Of a stretch of DNA of 64,000 nucleotides, positions 25,736-36,559 are shown one piece after another. The stretch's first letter is position 1. Every line of letters starts with the position of its first letter. Source of the stretch: Felis catus (Eukaryota). The DNA lies in assembly GCF_018350175.1 (NCBI RefSeq), contig NC_058368.1, forward strand, positions 140,866,001 to 140,930,000. The letters run 5' to 3'. The translations under genes and the position numbers were made by a program. The notes below the pieces were generated by a model that saw only the letters and a list, made by a program, of their open reading frames with translations, did no database searches and had not been told where the DNA came from.

Positions 25736-27067
25736 ATGTGAAGATTGGAAAAGAATGTCTCCGTAGTGACGCTACAAAAGCCAGACCCTCAAAATGGGAT
25801 AAACAAGAGTTTCCCAAGCTGAATGCCAGGCTGAATTCTGGGAATAGGCCAAGGCTATGGCTAGGTTGATGGTAAAGCCTGAAAGCTTCCTCAGGCACAA
25901 ACAGGGAGGGAAACAGGCATGAAGATGGCCTGGTGTGTTTCAGACCAAGCAAGCTGGTGTTAAACCATTTATTTTTGTAATGTTTGATTCCTCTCTTTAT
26001 GCCTTTTCTGAAATGCAGACATCTACACAGTCCCCGGATGGAGAGAAGAACTTGGTGGCCAGCGTTCATGACCTTTGGGTTCACTTCCCCCTCACACTCT
26101 CTGTGGTCTGAGGATTGTTTCCAAAAATGGAGGAGGTAGGAAGGCCTCCCAATTAAACAAGTAAGATAAGGAAATATCAAGTTCTATACCACTAGGCAAA
26201 TTACTACTTAATTTTGAGTATTTATAAACATAATATAACCATTTCCTTGACTGAAATTTTGTATTAACATCTCATTATTTGTACTAATTTTAATAACAAA
26301 GAAAGCTAAGGGTAGTACCATGTTTTCTGTCAGGCAGAGGTAAAACAAGACAAGGTTTTTAGAATTTGTAGCTGCCTTGCTTAGCACATAAATTGGAAAG
26401 CCAAAAGTTTAGTATCCCCATATTTCCCATAACTTTTGACATGAAGGGGAAGCAACCATCTTCTGTCTAATCAGCAGAGATACTTATTTCTGGATCTCTA
26501 AGTCATTTGTTTAGCCCTGTGCAGTTGCTGGTAAGCAGTTATAGTGAAGTTTCTGGGCAGTTCTTTCTACCAGAATATTCAAATAATCCAAGTATTTGAA
26601 GGTGTGAAATGGAATGACTTCATCTCTCACTCGTTCAGATGGATGCCAAGGTCATGGTTACCGTTAGCTGGCCCAGGCGTGTGTCGTATGGTGTACACAT
26701 TTGGGCTAAATGACAAAGCTAGGTGAAAATCCAGAAGTTCACAGACGCCAGAGTTAGCTTTCCGTCAGGGAAATGCTTACAAGAAACTGGACCAGGATAA
26801 AGCAAAGACTAAGGGACAGAAAGAAAGTTGGAGTTGCACTGTTGCCACATTCTGCAGAATCAGACTTCGGCTTCTGTTCAGCTCTCTTTGGAGCTAAAAG
26901 CTCCTCAAGTTCCTTCCTGAGAGACAAGAGCAATTGCACAAACACTATAATCTCTGACGATTTCCAGCATGGTTCCATCAAGGTTCTGTGACAAGCCTGC
27001 ACGATAAGATTATCTGTTTGGGTATTTTATGTATGTGTGTAACCTTGTCACTTGGCTTTGCAACGCT

Positions 27068-27077
27068 GAAAATTCCC
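27068..27077 (-). promoter_or_regulatory. NF-kB-like site in CRHBP promoter
   Basis: GAAAATTCCC (minus strand GGGAATTTTC), near-consensus; an AGGTCA half-site follows at 27114-27119. Confidence 0.35.
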
Positions 27078-27257
27078 TAAATATCCACAGGAAACGATAA
27101 TTCAGCATTTGGCAGGTCAAGCCAAACGCCTTCCTTTATTTTCTATCCTTACCTCCTTCTTTGTCCCACAGTTTAGTTCAGTAAGTTTTAAGTGCCTAAA
27201 ATCATTCTTGGTGAATAATGCTGGACCACTCTGAGAATTTGTGGCTGAGAGCTGGAC

Positions 27258-27266
27258 CCTCGTCAT
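27258..27266 (+). promoter_or_regulatory. CRE-like element (CGTCA at 27261-27265)
   Basis: CCTCGTCAT ~96 bp upstream of TATA; a cAMP-responsive CGTCA at about this position is described for the rodent CRH-BP promoter (recall). Confidence 0.6.
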
Positions 27267-27356
27267 CAGCACGCACTTTGTCACTGAGACAGGGTAACCC
27301 ATGGTTACTGAGCTCAGATCAGTTAAGGGGCAGAGAGCCTCCCCTCCTCACTGCTC

Positions 27357-27363
27357 TATAAAA
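27357..27363 (+). promoter_or_regulatory. CRHBP: TATA box of CRHBP
   Basis: TATAAAA 121 bp upstream of the ATG; implies TSS near 27387. Confidence 0.85.
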
Positions 27364-27477
27364 GAGACCCAGCAAAGGGACCCTACCAGCTTCTAGCTCT
27401 CAGCCTGGGCGTAGTTTTGGGAAGCAAAGCCTGAGACCTCCAGAGCCCAGCCGACCAGCTGCAGAGGCAAGACCGGC

Positions 27478-27555
27478 ATGTCGCCTTCCTTCAAACTTCA
27501 GTGTCACTTCATTCTCATCTTGATGGCTCTAAGAGGGGAGAGCCGGTACCTAGAG
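27478..27555 (+). CDS. CRHBP: CRHBP coding exon 1 (signal peptide), 78 nt
   Basis: GGCATG start; MSPSFKLQCHFILILMALRGESRYLE; donor GAG|GTGAG. Confidence 0.95.
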
Positions 27556-27913
27556 GTGAGCGATCTCCGGACTGAGCCGTCACATCTTCCGTGTGTGTGT
27601 GTGTCCAGCCTTGGGGGTGGGTCTGCTGCCTCAGTTCTCAGCCCGTGTTGGGCTTAGCCCTTTCTTCCCTATCTTCTGCCCCCTCTTTCTCCTGGTCTTC
27701 CTCCTCGCCACTACGTCCTTCCCTTGGCCCCTGGGGACACCCTGGTCTGAGGGAAAGGGTCTGAGAGAGACCTCTTCTGCTCCGGACGCGGACGCGGGAG
27801 ACCTGGATCCCTTCACTTTATTCTCTTCGCTGCGGGGCAGGGAGAGTGCCCCGCTGCGGGTCCCCTTTCCCGCAGTCTTGAACTCATTCGGACTGACGCG
27901 TTTTCCTCGCCAG

Positions 27914-28007
27914 CTGCGGGAAGCTGCGGACCACGACCCTCTCCGGTTCCTGGGCGCCAACCTGAAGCGGGAGCTGGCGGGGGAGCCGCTGTACCGCCGC
28001 GCGCTGC
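27914..28007 (+). CDS. CRHBP: CRHBP exon 2, 94 nt
   Basis: Acceptor TTTTCCTCGCCAG; LREAADHDPLRFLGANLKRELAGEPLYRRAL; donor C|GTGAG. Confidence 0.95.
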
Positions 28008-28288
28008 GTGAGTCGGGGTGCCGGCGCGCATCCGGGGGCAGCGGGGAGGTGACGAGGCCGGGCTCCGCACCCGCTCACGGGGCCCCGGGCACCGCCGGGA
28101 AGGGGCTGGCCTGGCCGGCCGGGGGCGCGATCCCCGTGCTCAGGGGCCCGCCGGGGGCGGGTGACGCGCTCCGCGTGGGGACCGGGCGCCGCGGACCCGG
28201 GAACAGGGGCCCGCGGGGAGGGGCCGGCCGGGGCCGGGGCGTCGGTGGCCGCAGCCCCGGCCCCCTGGCCCCACTGCCCCTCCCCCAG

Positions 28289-28446
28289 GGTGCCTGGACA
28301 TGCTGAGCCTCCCGGGCCAGTTCACCTTCACCGCCGACCGGCCGCAGCTGCACTGCGCCGCCTTCCTCATCGGCGAGCCCGAAGAGTTCGTCACCATCCA
28401 CTACGACCTGGTCTCCATCGACTGCCAGGGCGGCGACTTCCTGAAG
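28289..28446 (+). CDS. CRHBP: CRHBP exon 3, 158 nt
   Basis: Acceptor CCCCTCCCCCAG; (R)CLDMLSLPGQFTFTADRPQLHCAAFLIGEPEEFVTIHYDLVSIDCQGGDFLK; donor AAG|GTGAG. Confidence 0.97.
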
Positions 28447-29813
28447 GTGAGGCTTCCTCGCGGCGCACGCTCCCGCCGCGGGGCCCCGAGGGGGGTGAGC
28501 CGGGGCGCCGTGCCCGGCGTGGGGCTGCGGCGCGTGGAGCCGGCTGGTGGCCGAGCGGGAGAGGCGCCCCCCCACCCCGGACCGCCGCGGGGCGCGAACC
28601 CCGCCCGGAGCTCCGGCCGCGGTTGTTTGACTTCCCCTTCGTGCGCTCCTGGGACCCGGGCGCCCCCAAAGACTTGATTGAACTTGCGGCGAGAAGCGCT
28701 GTGTTACACGAAACTGATCCAGCTAGCAGCGGCGCTCGGGGCCACGAGGAGGGCCAGCCCCGCTTCTGAGGCCGGCCCCTGGCTCTGGGGAGCTGTCGCA
28801 AGCTCGCGGGAGCTGTCTTGAATTTCCCGGGGGACTCGGTCTGGAAGCCCTGGGGCCCGGGCCTCTGGGCGGGATGCTGAGAGCCAGTCTAGTCGGAGGT
28901 AGAAGGCCGAGTCCCCGGCCTCTGTACATGCCCCCTTCTAGTCGGTCTCCCTAAGTCTACCGGGTCAGCCTGGGACGGTTGATGGAGTTACACAGCCCCG
29001 TTAAAAGGATCATGATTAAAAACCTCCCAAGTGGAATGATTTTGGAATCTGTCAGACTCCTTTTAGAAGAGGACCAATCCGCGGAAGCACTTTGTAGCTG
29101 GTGATTTTGCCAGTGTGAACCAGGCTCAACCGGTTACATTGAAGACCTGTGGTGATTTTAACAGTAACATCAATAGACTCTGACCATTTGTCCAACAAGC
29201 TGACTTTAACAGGTGAAGGTAGAAAGCCCTAAGTGGCCTAACAGCCATTGCTGTTTGAGTGTTGAAGCAGTTCTTGGTATTTTAATACGAAATAGAAGTT
29301 TCAAAGTGAGGAAAATGGGCACATATAACCATGGGCAAGTAGGTGAAGTTGCTGCTCTAGTTTTTTTCTTTTGTTAGTTTTGAGATGTTTTGTTTATATG
29401 TCAACGAGGAGAAGGAAGAGACCAAGTGAAACCCAAATTAGGCTTGTGTGGAATTCTTCTGAAGATGGGATGTGTGGAAAATATGACCAAGATAAAAATG
29501 TATATTGGCTGTAGTTTCAGGTACCAAGGAGGCTGGAATTATAAAACAGAGTATAATCAAGTTTACTTGCTTTGGATACTTTAAGGTTTATGGAGGAAAA
29601 AAACCCAATCATTAATTAACAATAATACTTGCAGACAACCTTCACGGTCAAAAAATATATAGATGGAAAGCAAGTGGGCAGGGAAGTGCAGGTTGTCCCT
29701 TGCTCACAGACAGACATAGGACAGAAGGTGCATTGCTAGGTAAGATTTCAACACACCTGTGACTTCAGGAGTTGGTGGAGATGATCATCTCTCTCTGTGT
29801 TTTTTGTTGGAAG

Positions 29814-30024
29814 GTATTTGATGGTTGGATTCTCAAGGGGGAGAAGTTCCCCAGTTCCCAGGATCATCCTCTCCCCACAACTGAGCGGTACATAGATTTC
29901 TGTGACAGTGGTCTTAGCCGAAGGAGCATCAGATCCTCCCAGAATGTGGCCATGATCTTCTTCCGGGTTCGTCAACCAGGAAACGGATTTACAGTAACCA
30001 TAAAGACAGATCCCAACCTCTTTC
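29814..30024 (+). CDS. CRHBP: CRHBP exon 4, 211 nt
   Basis: Acceptor TTTTTGTTGGAAG; VFDGWILKGEKFPSSQDHPLP...KTDPNLF; donor C|GTAAGT. Confidence 0.97.
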
Positions 30025-30970
30025 GTAAGTGGGCTCCCTCTCTTCTCAGTCAGTAAGGACTTGGAGGGAGGGAGTGTCAGATCCACTTTTCATAGGTAGT
30101 GTGATTGCACCAGACTTAAGAAACTTAAAGTGAGGAATGATTTGAATGGAAATTTTTTTTTGTCATTAGAAATGACCTAAAGGATATTTCCTATTCATTG
30201 CTCTGAAAATCAATTCACAATTTTCAACTTATTTCCTAGGCTAGGTAGGATATGAAGTTTTGGTGGGTAGAATTTTATTTTTTTCTCTTTAGTCTTATTC
30301 TAATCTGAGGCATGACAATGGATTCAGTGACAAACTGTAATCCCTCCATGTCATTCCATTAATCTTGGATAAGCTTGAGGGATCAGATCTGAAGTTGTAG
30401 TCTTAGAGATATTTAGGCAAAGGCTGAAAGACTGCATCTCTGGGATGTGGTAGACAGAGTTCATGTCCTGAGCAGAGGGTTGGACCAGAGGACCTCAACA
30501 TTGCCCTCTAATTCTGAGTCCACCTCTCTAACTTGTTCCGTTTCTGGTGGATACAAACATAGATGCTGTATAAAACTGAACAGCCCAGGCCTAAAACACA
30601 TTATTCTAATCAAAATTAGTTCATTCATCTGCTTATTATTTTTCCCCATGAAGCGAAATATATATATGCATCTATATATTTACAGAGTTAAATGGAGAAA
30701 AATAGTTTTTTAAAACTCGGGAAAATAAAACATCACTCATTTTTGGTTGCATACAATAGTATTAATGTTGACACTTTGTGTGGTGGAAGAATGGGGCCTT
30801 ATCTGCCAAAGAATAATGTATTATATTCCAATTTTTATTTTTTAAAAAAGAGAATTTTTGAAAGAACCCCTCCCCCACCCCCACAAGGCTATTTTGAGAG
30901 CTAGAATAATCCCAGAAAGCAACATGAAATGTTTCTCCTATATTTGTGTGGTTAGAAGTCGGAAATCTTT

Positions 30971-31150
30971 GGGGTGCCTGGGTGGCTCAGTCAATTAAGC
31001 CTCCAACTCTTGATTTCAGCTCAGGTCACGATCTCATGGTTTGTGGGTTCGAGCCCTGCATTGGGCTCTGCACTGACAATGCAGAGCCTGCTTCGGATTC
31101 TCTCTCTCCCTTTCTCTCTACCATTCCCCTACTGTTCCTCTACCGTTCTT
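30971..31150 (+). mobile_element. Can-SINE lacking A tail (CRHBP intron 4)
   Basis: GGGGTGCCTGGGTGGCTCAG head, GTTCGAGCCC B-box, CT region; no poly(A). Confidence 0.85.
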
Positions 31151-31226
31151 CTATTTTTCTCAGTCTATTTTGTAACAATTTTATTATTTATTTACTTCAT
31201 TATTTAAAAAAAATCATTATGATTCT

Positions 31227-31430
31227 GGGGCGCCTGGGTGGCTCAGTCAGTTGAGCGTCCGACTTCAGCTCAGGTCATGATCTCACAGTCTGTGAGTTCG
31301 AGCCCCACGTCGGGCTCTGTGCTGACAGCTCAGAGCCTGAAGCCTGCTTTGGATTCTGTGTCTCCCTCTCTCTCTGCCCCTAACCCACTCACATTCTGTC
31401 TCTCTCAAAACTAAATAAACATTAAAAAAA
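31227..31430 (+). mobile_element. Can-SINE (intron 4, sense)
   Basis: Full body; TSD ATCATTATG(A/G)TTC. Confidence 0.92.
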
Positions 31431-31670
31431 TGTATCATTATGGTTCCAAGTTCAATGAGTGAATGTTTCAGACAGGCAAGGTTTTAGTTCTGGCTTTACC
31501 TTTGAGCCTTTATTTTTTCTAGACTTTCAGCTGGAACTTGGACCCTAGTTAATGAAGTGTTTCTAGAACTTCCACTAGCTAGTGTTGTTTGATTAATTAC
31601 TAATTTAAGTCTTGTGCTTGTTGTAAACAAGGTAACTCCCTGAGATTGAGATTGAGATTAGAAGCATTCT

Positions 31671-31876
31671 TATTTTTTTTTTTTAACATTTATTTATTTA
31701 TTGAGAGACAGAGACAGAGCATTAGCAGGGGAGGGGCAGAGAGAGAGGGAGTCACACATTCCAAAGCCGGCTCCAGGCTCCGAGCTGTTAGCACAGAGTC
31801 CGACACAGGGCAAACTGCGAGATCATGACCTGAGCTGAAGTCGGATGCTTACCCGACTGAGCCACCCAGGTGCCCC
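31671..31876 (-). mobile_element. Can-SINE (intron 4, antisense)
   Basis: Full body; TSD AGATTAGAAGCA(T/C)TCT. Confidence 0.92.
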
Positions 31877-31937
31877 AAGATTAGAAGCACTCTTGCCACC
31901 TAGAACCTTCTGACCATGTCTGCACATCACCAGTGAT

Positions 31938-32166
31938 TTTTTTATTACATTTAAAAAATATTTATTTATTTTGAGAGAGAGAGAGAGAGAGAGAGAGGGA
32001 GTGGAGGAGGGGCAGAGAGAGTGATGGAGAGAGAGAGAATCCCAAGCAGGCTCCGCACTATCAGCATGAAGCCCGACATGGGCCTTGATTGCATGAACCC
32101 GTGAGATCATGACCTGAGTTGAAATCAAGAGTTGGAAATTTAGCCGACTGAGCCTCCCAGTCACCC
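31938..32166 (-). mobile_element. Can-SINE (intron 4, antisense, ~70 bp before exon 5)
   Basis: T tail, (GA)n, GAGATCATGACCTGAG, GAGCCTCCCAG. Confidence 0.88.
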
Positions 32167-32237
32167 TGGATAGGATAAATTTCTATAAGAACCCTGCATA
32201 CCCAATAATGACAATATGATTCTGTTTTTCCGCAAAG

Positions 32238-32386
32238 CCTGCAATGTCATTTCCCAGACCCCAAATGGAAGGTTTACCCTGGTAGTCCCGCACCTGCATC
32301 GAAACTGCAGCTTCTCCATAATTTATCCTGTGGTGATCAAAATATCTGATCTCACCCTGGGACACTTACATGGTTTGCAGTCAAAG
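32238..32386 (+). CDS. CRHBP: CRHBP exon 5, 149 nt
   Basis: Acceptor TTTTTCCGCAAAG; (P)CNVISQTPNGRFTLVVPHLHRNCSFSIIYPVVIKISDLTLGHLHGLQSK, including NCS glycosylation sequon; donor AAG|GTGAGT. Confidence 0.97.
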
Positions 32387-33539
32387 GTGAGTTGCTTTCT
32401 CCCTTCCCAATCATTTACTAAGGCCACAGCTTTATCAGAGGAGGAGCAATCATACAGGGCAAACATGGACATTAGTAAATTGTGGGAGCATGCTCTTCTG
32501 TTGATTTAGCCCCACATCCGCTTTCCCTCGCCTCTTTGATGAAAGCCCCCTTCTATTTGCCTCACGCTGCTCGGTGCGTACTCATGTGCCCCTTCCGATT
32601 ACTTGACTACTTTTCTCGAGATACAGGAAAGGTTTTCAATTGGGAAAGTTGTGACATGTAATTACAATTGAACTCTCTGGTACTTGCCTCTTTTACAGAA
32701 ATTCTCTCCTAGCAGAACCTAGTGTGAGTCATCTACACAGCTGTTTTTCTGATTATCGGAATTTTTTTTTGACATGAAGGAAGTGTCTCATTGACAGAAC
32801 TGTGTTGTGAAGGAATGCTAAGTGTAGCATAAAATACAAAATTGGATTTTTAAGTTGCAAAATACAGTAGAGTGTTGAAGATTTTGTTGCATTATGTTTA
32901 ACTCCATTCATTTTGCTTGAAAATATTAGCTGAGAAGCTCCATCAACCTATATTCCTTTGAACTTCTGTATGGAATTTACAACTAATGCTGAGCTTGATC
33001 TTTTTTTTTCTTTTTTCCCTTTTTTTTTTTTTTTTTTTTTTGCACCGCTAGCTTCTTCCCTCTGGGTCATTCTCATTTCCTTATACTTTCTTATATTTCT
33101 AGGTTAAGATAGCTCATATATTTGCTGACATCACAGACAGTCATTGTTCCTAATTAGGTAGATTCCAGTAAAAACCAAATAAATAGGACCAGGACTGAAA
33201 ATAGGTGTATATCTAATTTCCTTTAAGCCCTGAATTCATGAGCTAGTGCCTGTTTGTTGTTGTGTTGTTTTGTTTTGTTGTTGTTTTTTTTGGGGGGGGG
33301 GGTTTGTTTAGCTGAACCTTAGTGGAAGAATGATCCTTTGATAAAGACCAGAATAAGGAGATGTCTTTGGCATAGCCCTTCGTCCTGATACCAATTATAT
33401 GTTATTCCTGATGTATACTATAGAAGATGGCAAGCATGGTCGCAGGTTGGGAGATCTACCCTTTAGTTATTCTAGGCTGTGAGGAGTAATTTTGGTATTT
33501 CCCCTTGAAAAAATGTTAAAGTCTGCAGGGTTCTAGGCA

Positions 33540-34300
33540 TCTATCTATTCCTTTACAAAATATTTGTTGAGCACTTTCCACATGCAAGGCACTATCTTAG
33601 ATGCTGGAAATGAGCGACGAGCAACAGAGCTCCTGCTCACAGGGAACCTGCATTCTAGTGGGTTGAGCTCAGCAACAGTGCAATGCATTTGCAATAGCGG
33701 TGAGTGCCCTACAGAAAATGAAGCAGAGTGGTGTGATAGACAATGCAGCAGAGGGAGAGGCGGGAGCTCCTTGAGATAAGGTGGTCGGGAAAGGAAACTT
33801 CTGAGAAGGAGGAATTTAAAGTAAAACGTGAGTGATAGGTAAGAAGGAGCCAGCAGCCATTCCAAGGACCAGGGACAGAGGAGACGGCAGTGCAGAGGCT
33901 CAGAGGAAGAAGTGGGCTTCCAGAAATAAAAAGAAAGGTATGGGGAAGGGGGGATATTAGGCAACATCAGGGAGGCGGGCAGAGCCAGGGTGTGGTGAAC
34001 CCAGCAGGTCATACTGAGGATTTGGAGTTTATTCTAAGTGCGGTGGGAAACCACTGAAAGGGGGCAGGCAGGAAAGCAACATGATCCATTGGATTATGCT
34101 TGGTGGGATGAGGGTGGCTGGGAATTGCTGACTTGATGACCAAATTAATTAACGAGGTCTGAGGCAAGAGGGAGAGGATTGATTACCTAAAGGCCATTCT
34201 GGCTTTGCATGGGCTATGGGGGCCAGAGTGGTCCAGGGAGTGCCCTTAGGGGCCATTGTCACAGTCTAGGCAAGAGACGATAGTGGGTTAGTCCAGGGAG
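33540..34300 (-). mobile_element. L2 element fragment
   Basis: CAAAATATTTGTTGAGCACT..CAAGGCACTATCTTAGATGCTGG, GGATTTGGAGTTTATTCTAAGTG..GGGAAACCACTG. Confidence 0.7.
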
Positions 34301-35314
34301 GCAGAACCTCAACAGAGAAACCTAGGGGATCACTACTGAGGAGCAGGGTAGTATAGTACTTCTCATTCCTAAGAATAGCTAAGATGTTTGGGAAGAGGAG
34401 AGAGAAGTCATTGAATGTCAAGGAACAGGTGTGTCTAACTTCTATGTTTCTTTGTTTGGCTTCCGTCATTTTAGCACCTACTTCTTCCCAACCCCCGTAC
34501 TTCCCATTTCTCTCTACGGGGCCTGCCTTTTCCCCTTCACCACTCTTGCTGAAATTTAGAACCTGAAGAACCGAGTGGAAAGTTTAGTCTTAACAGATGT
34601 TCCCCCTGGACATCCTCTACTCAAGGGAGAGGCAGTTAAGGTTTTTTTCCTTCACCTCTTATTCAGCTCTTCATACAAGAAGCCCTGTCCACAGGGGAGC
34701 TAGTTAAGCCTCTGTTTCATTCTTGGATGAAATGATGTGTAGAGCCTCAAGGCATAGGACCCAGCATACAGTAAGCACTTAAAAAATGTGTGTCCCCACC
34801 TACTTCCTTGTATTGGCCAAACAGTTGGTATTCTATTTTTTTTTCTACTCGGTTGTTTAGTTCTAGTTGCATCTCAATGTCTTCTGCATGTTTTAATGTG
34901 TGTTTTTGTGTGTGTGTGTGCGTGTGTGTGTTTAACATTGTCTATTTGAGATGTTTTTCTGTATGTGTCAGGGTCCATGTGGCTCACTTCTGAGCATCTT
35001 GCCGCTCTGCACTAGATCTCTCAATGAGTATGCCTCAATAAAGAAGATCACAGGCGAAGCTGGCCATGTAATTGTGGGAGACAGTGCAAACTGAAAATGT
35101 GGGGGCCCTTATTTTAAAAGTATTAAGAATTTCAAGATGGTGACAGCACAGCATTAAACCAAGCAACAGGCCCTTGTATGGCTTGTCTGGCTTGTGGTCA
35201 CATGCCCACAAAGGCTAGTAGCCCTGACCTCAGGAGAAAGGTGGCCCAAAGTACAATGTTTGGGACTGAAAGTGGCTGCTTTATTTGTGTGGGAAGAGTG
35301 AAATGCAGGAATTT

Positions 35315-35750
35315 CTGTGGACAAGGCAGTGTGGATAGGCAGTATGGACAAGGCAATATGGACAAAGCAGTGTGGATGGGTGGTGTGGACAGGCAGTGTG
35401 GACAAGGCAGTGTGGAAAAACCAGTGTGGATAGGTAGTGTGGACAAGCAGTGTGGACAAGGCAGTGTGGATAAGCAGTGTGGACAAGGCAGTGTGGATAG
35501 GTAGTTTGGATAGGCAGTGTGGACAGGCATTGTGGACAAGGCAGTGTGGATAGCCAGTGTAGACAGGCAGAGTGGACAGAGCAGTGTGGACAAGGCAATG
35601 TGGACAGGCAGTGTGGATAGGCAGTACAGACAGGCAGCATTAACAGGCAGTGTGGACACGACAGTACGGACAGGCAGTGTGGATAAGCAGTGTAGACAGG
35701 CAGCATGGACAGGCAGTGTGGACAAGGGAGTATGGACAAAGCAGTGTGGA
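35315..35750. repeat. Minisatellite, 13-14 bp unit GGA(C/T)A(A)GGCAGTGT, ~32 copies (CRHBP intron 5)
   Basis: Tandem array visible directly; explains the periodic PHCL/VDRQ/LSTL ORF translations. Confidence 0.95.
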
Positions 35751-36441
35751 AAGGAAGGGAAGCAGAAAGTGGTTGTTACAGTGATTGTGCAAAGTCTAAG
35801 AATACATTCTGGTTTTGAGTAGCTCAAAATAAATTAGTTTTGGTCGGGAGGAGAAAGACAATGGTGACTCTAGCTAGCTTAAGCCCCAAATTAGGGTTCT
35901 TTTCTTTCTTTAGCATTCTTATAACTAATCTAAATGCCTGTCAGCAGAAATGATAAGGATCATCCCAATAGCGGGAAAAGTCTTTTATAAAGAGGAGGGA
36001 AAGAGGTGAGTTGAAGGAAAAACTGTAAAGACCTATCTATTAATAGAAATTCTGACTGCATGAGTTAAGAAATTCAAATAATTCAGTATGTATGTCCAAA
36101 TGATTTACAAAGCAAAGCATTTTCAGATCCAATTTTCATTCATTTTATGTGGAGTTTACAGATTCCTATTGCATCATTCCAGTCCTTGAGCTGATAAAAA
36201 AATTTTTTTAATGCACACACATTTAAAGAAATGATTACTCAACTGATTTAGAAAAGCAGTTCTTATGATTATTTTCTCTTTTCAGTATCTTTTAATTTCC
36301 GGAGTCCTGGGTGTTAAATTAAATGGCACTGCCAGGATGTCCACGGCAAATGGAGTGAATTCACCAAATTGCAGTTGGTCAAATGGTTTGACTTCCGTAA
36401 CTGGTTGAAATACATCTTTCTCTGCTGCTTGCTTCTTTTAG

Positions 36442-36559
36442 AACCCCTCAGCAGGTTGTGGGGGAATAGGAGACTTTGTGGAGCTGTTGGGAGGAACTGG
36501 ACTGGACCCTTCCAAGATGATGCCTTTGGCTGACCTCTGCTATTCCTTTCACGGCCCTG
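36442..36559 (+). CDS. CRHBP: CRHBP exon 6, 118 nt
   Basis: Acceptor GCTTCTTTTAG; NPSAGCGGIGDFVELLGGTGLDPSKMMPLADLCYSFHGP; donor G|GTGAG. Confidence 0.96.

Larger units (their letters stand above)
27780..28950. promoter_or_regulatory. CpG island over CRHBP exons 2-3
   Basis: Very high GC and dense CpG against CpG-depleted flanks. Confidence 0.9.

Noticed and set aside
25605..26180. 191-aa minus-strand ORF upstream of CRHBP (similarly 44231-44800, 39453-39929, 33545-34012)
   Set aside because: Non-ATG starts or overlap with microsatellite, SINE, L2 or UTR sequence; no recognisable protein features or exon structure.
27593..28929. Several long overlapping ORFs (237, 202, 166, 136 aa) on both strands
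   Set aside because: Stop-codon scarcity in the CpG island; Gly/Pro/Arg low complexity; only the CRHBP exon 2 and 3 parts are meaningful.
29811..29819. AAG|GTATTT at the exon 4 start as a recursive splice site
   Set aside because: The donor match is weak, the introns are short, and the Val-Phe coding constraint explains it.
35154..35827. Cys/His-rich periodic ORFs resembling metal-binding or zinc-finger proteins; also a CRISPR-like look
   Set aside because: These are translations of the minisatellite; there are no unique spacers, and the context is a eukaryotic intron.
36442..36453. NPSA versus human KSSA next to the Ser-Ala cleavage site; possible new glycosylation sequon
   Set aside because: N-P-S is not glycosylated, Ser-Ala is retained, and I recall Pro at this position in rodents, so it is probably ordinary variation.
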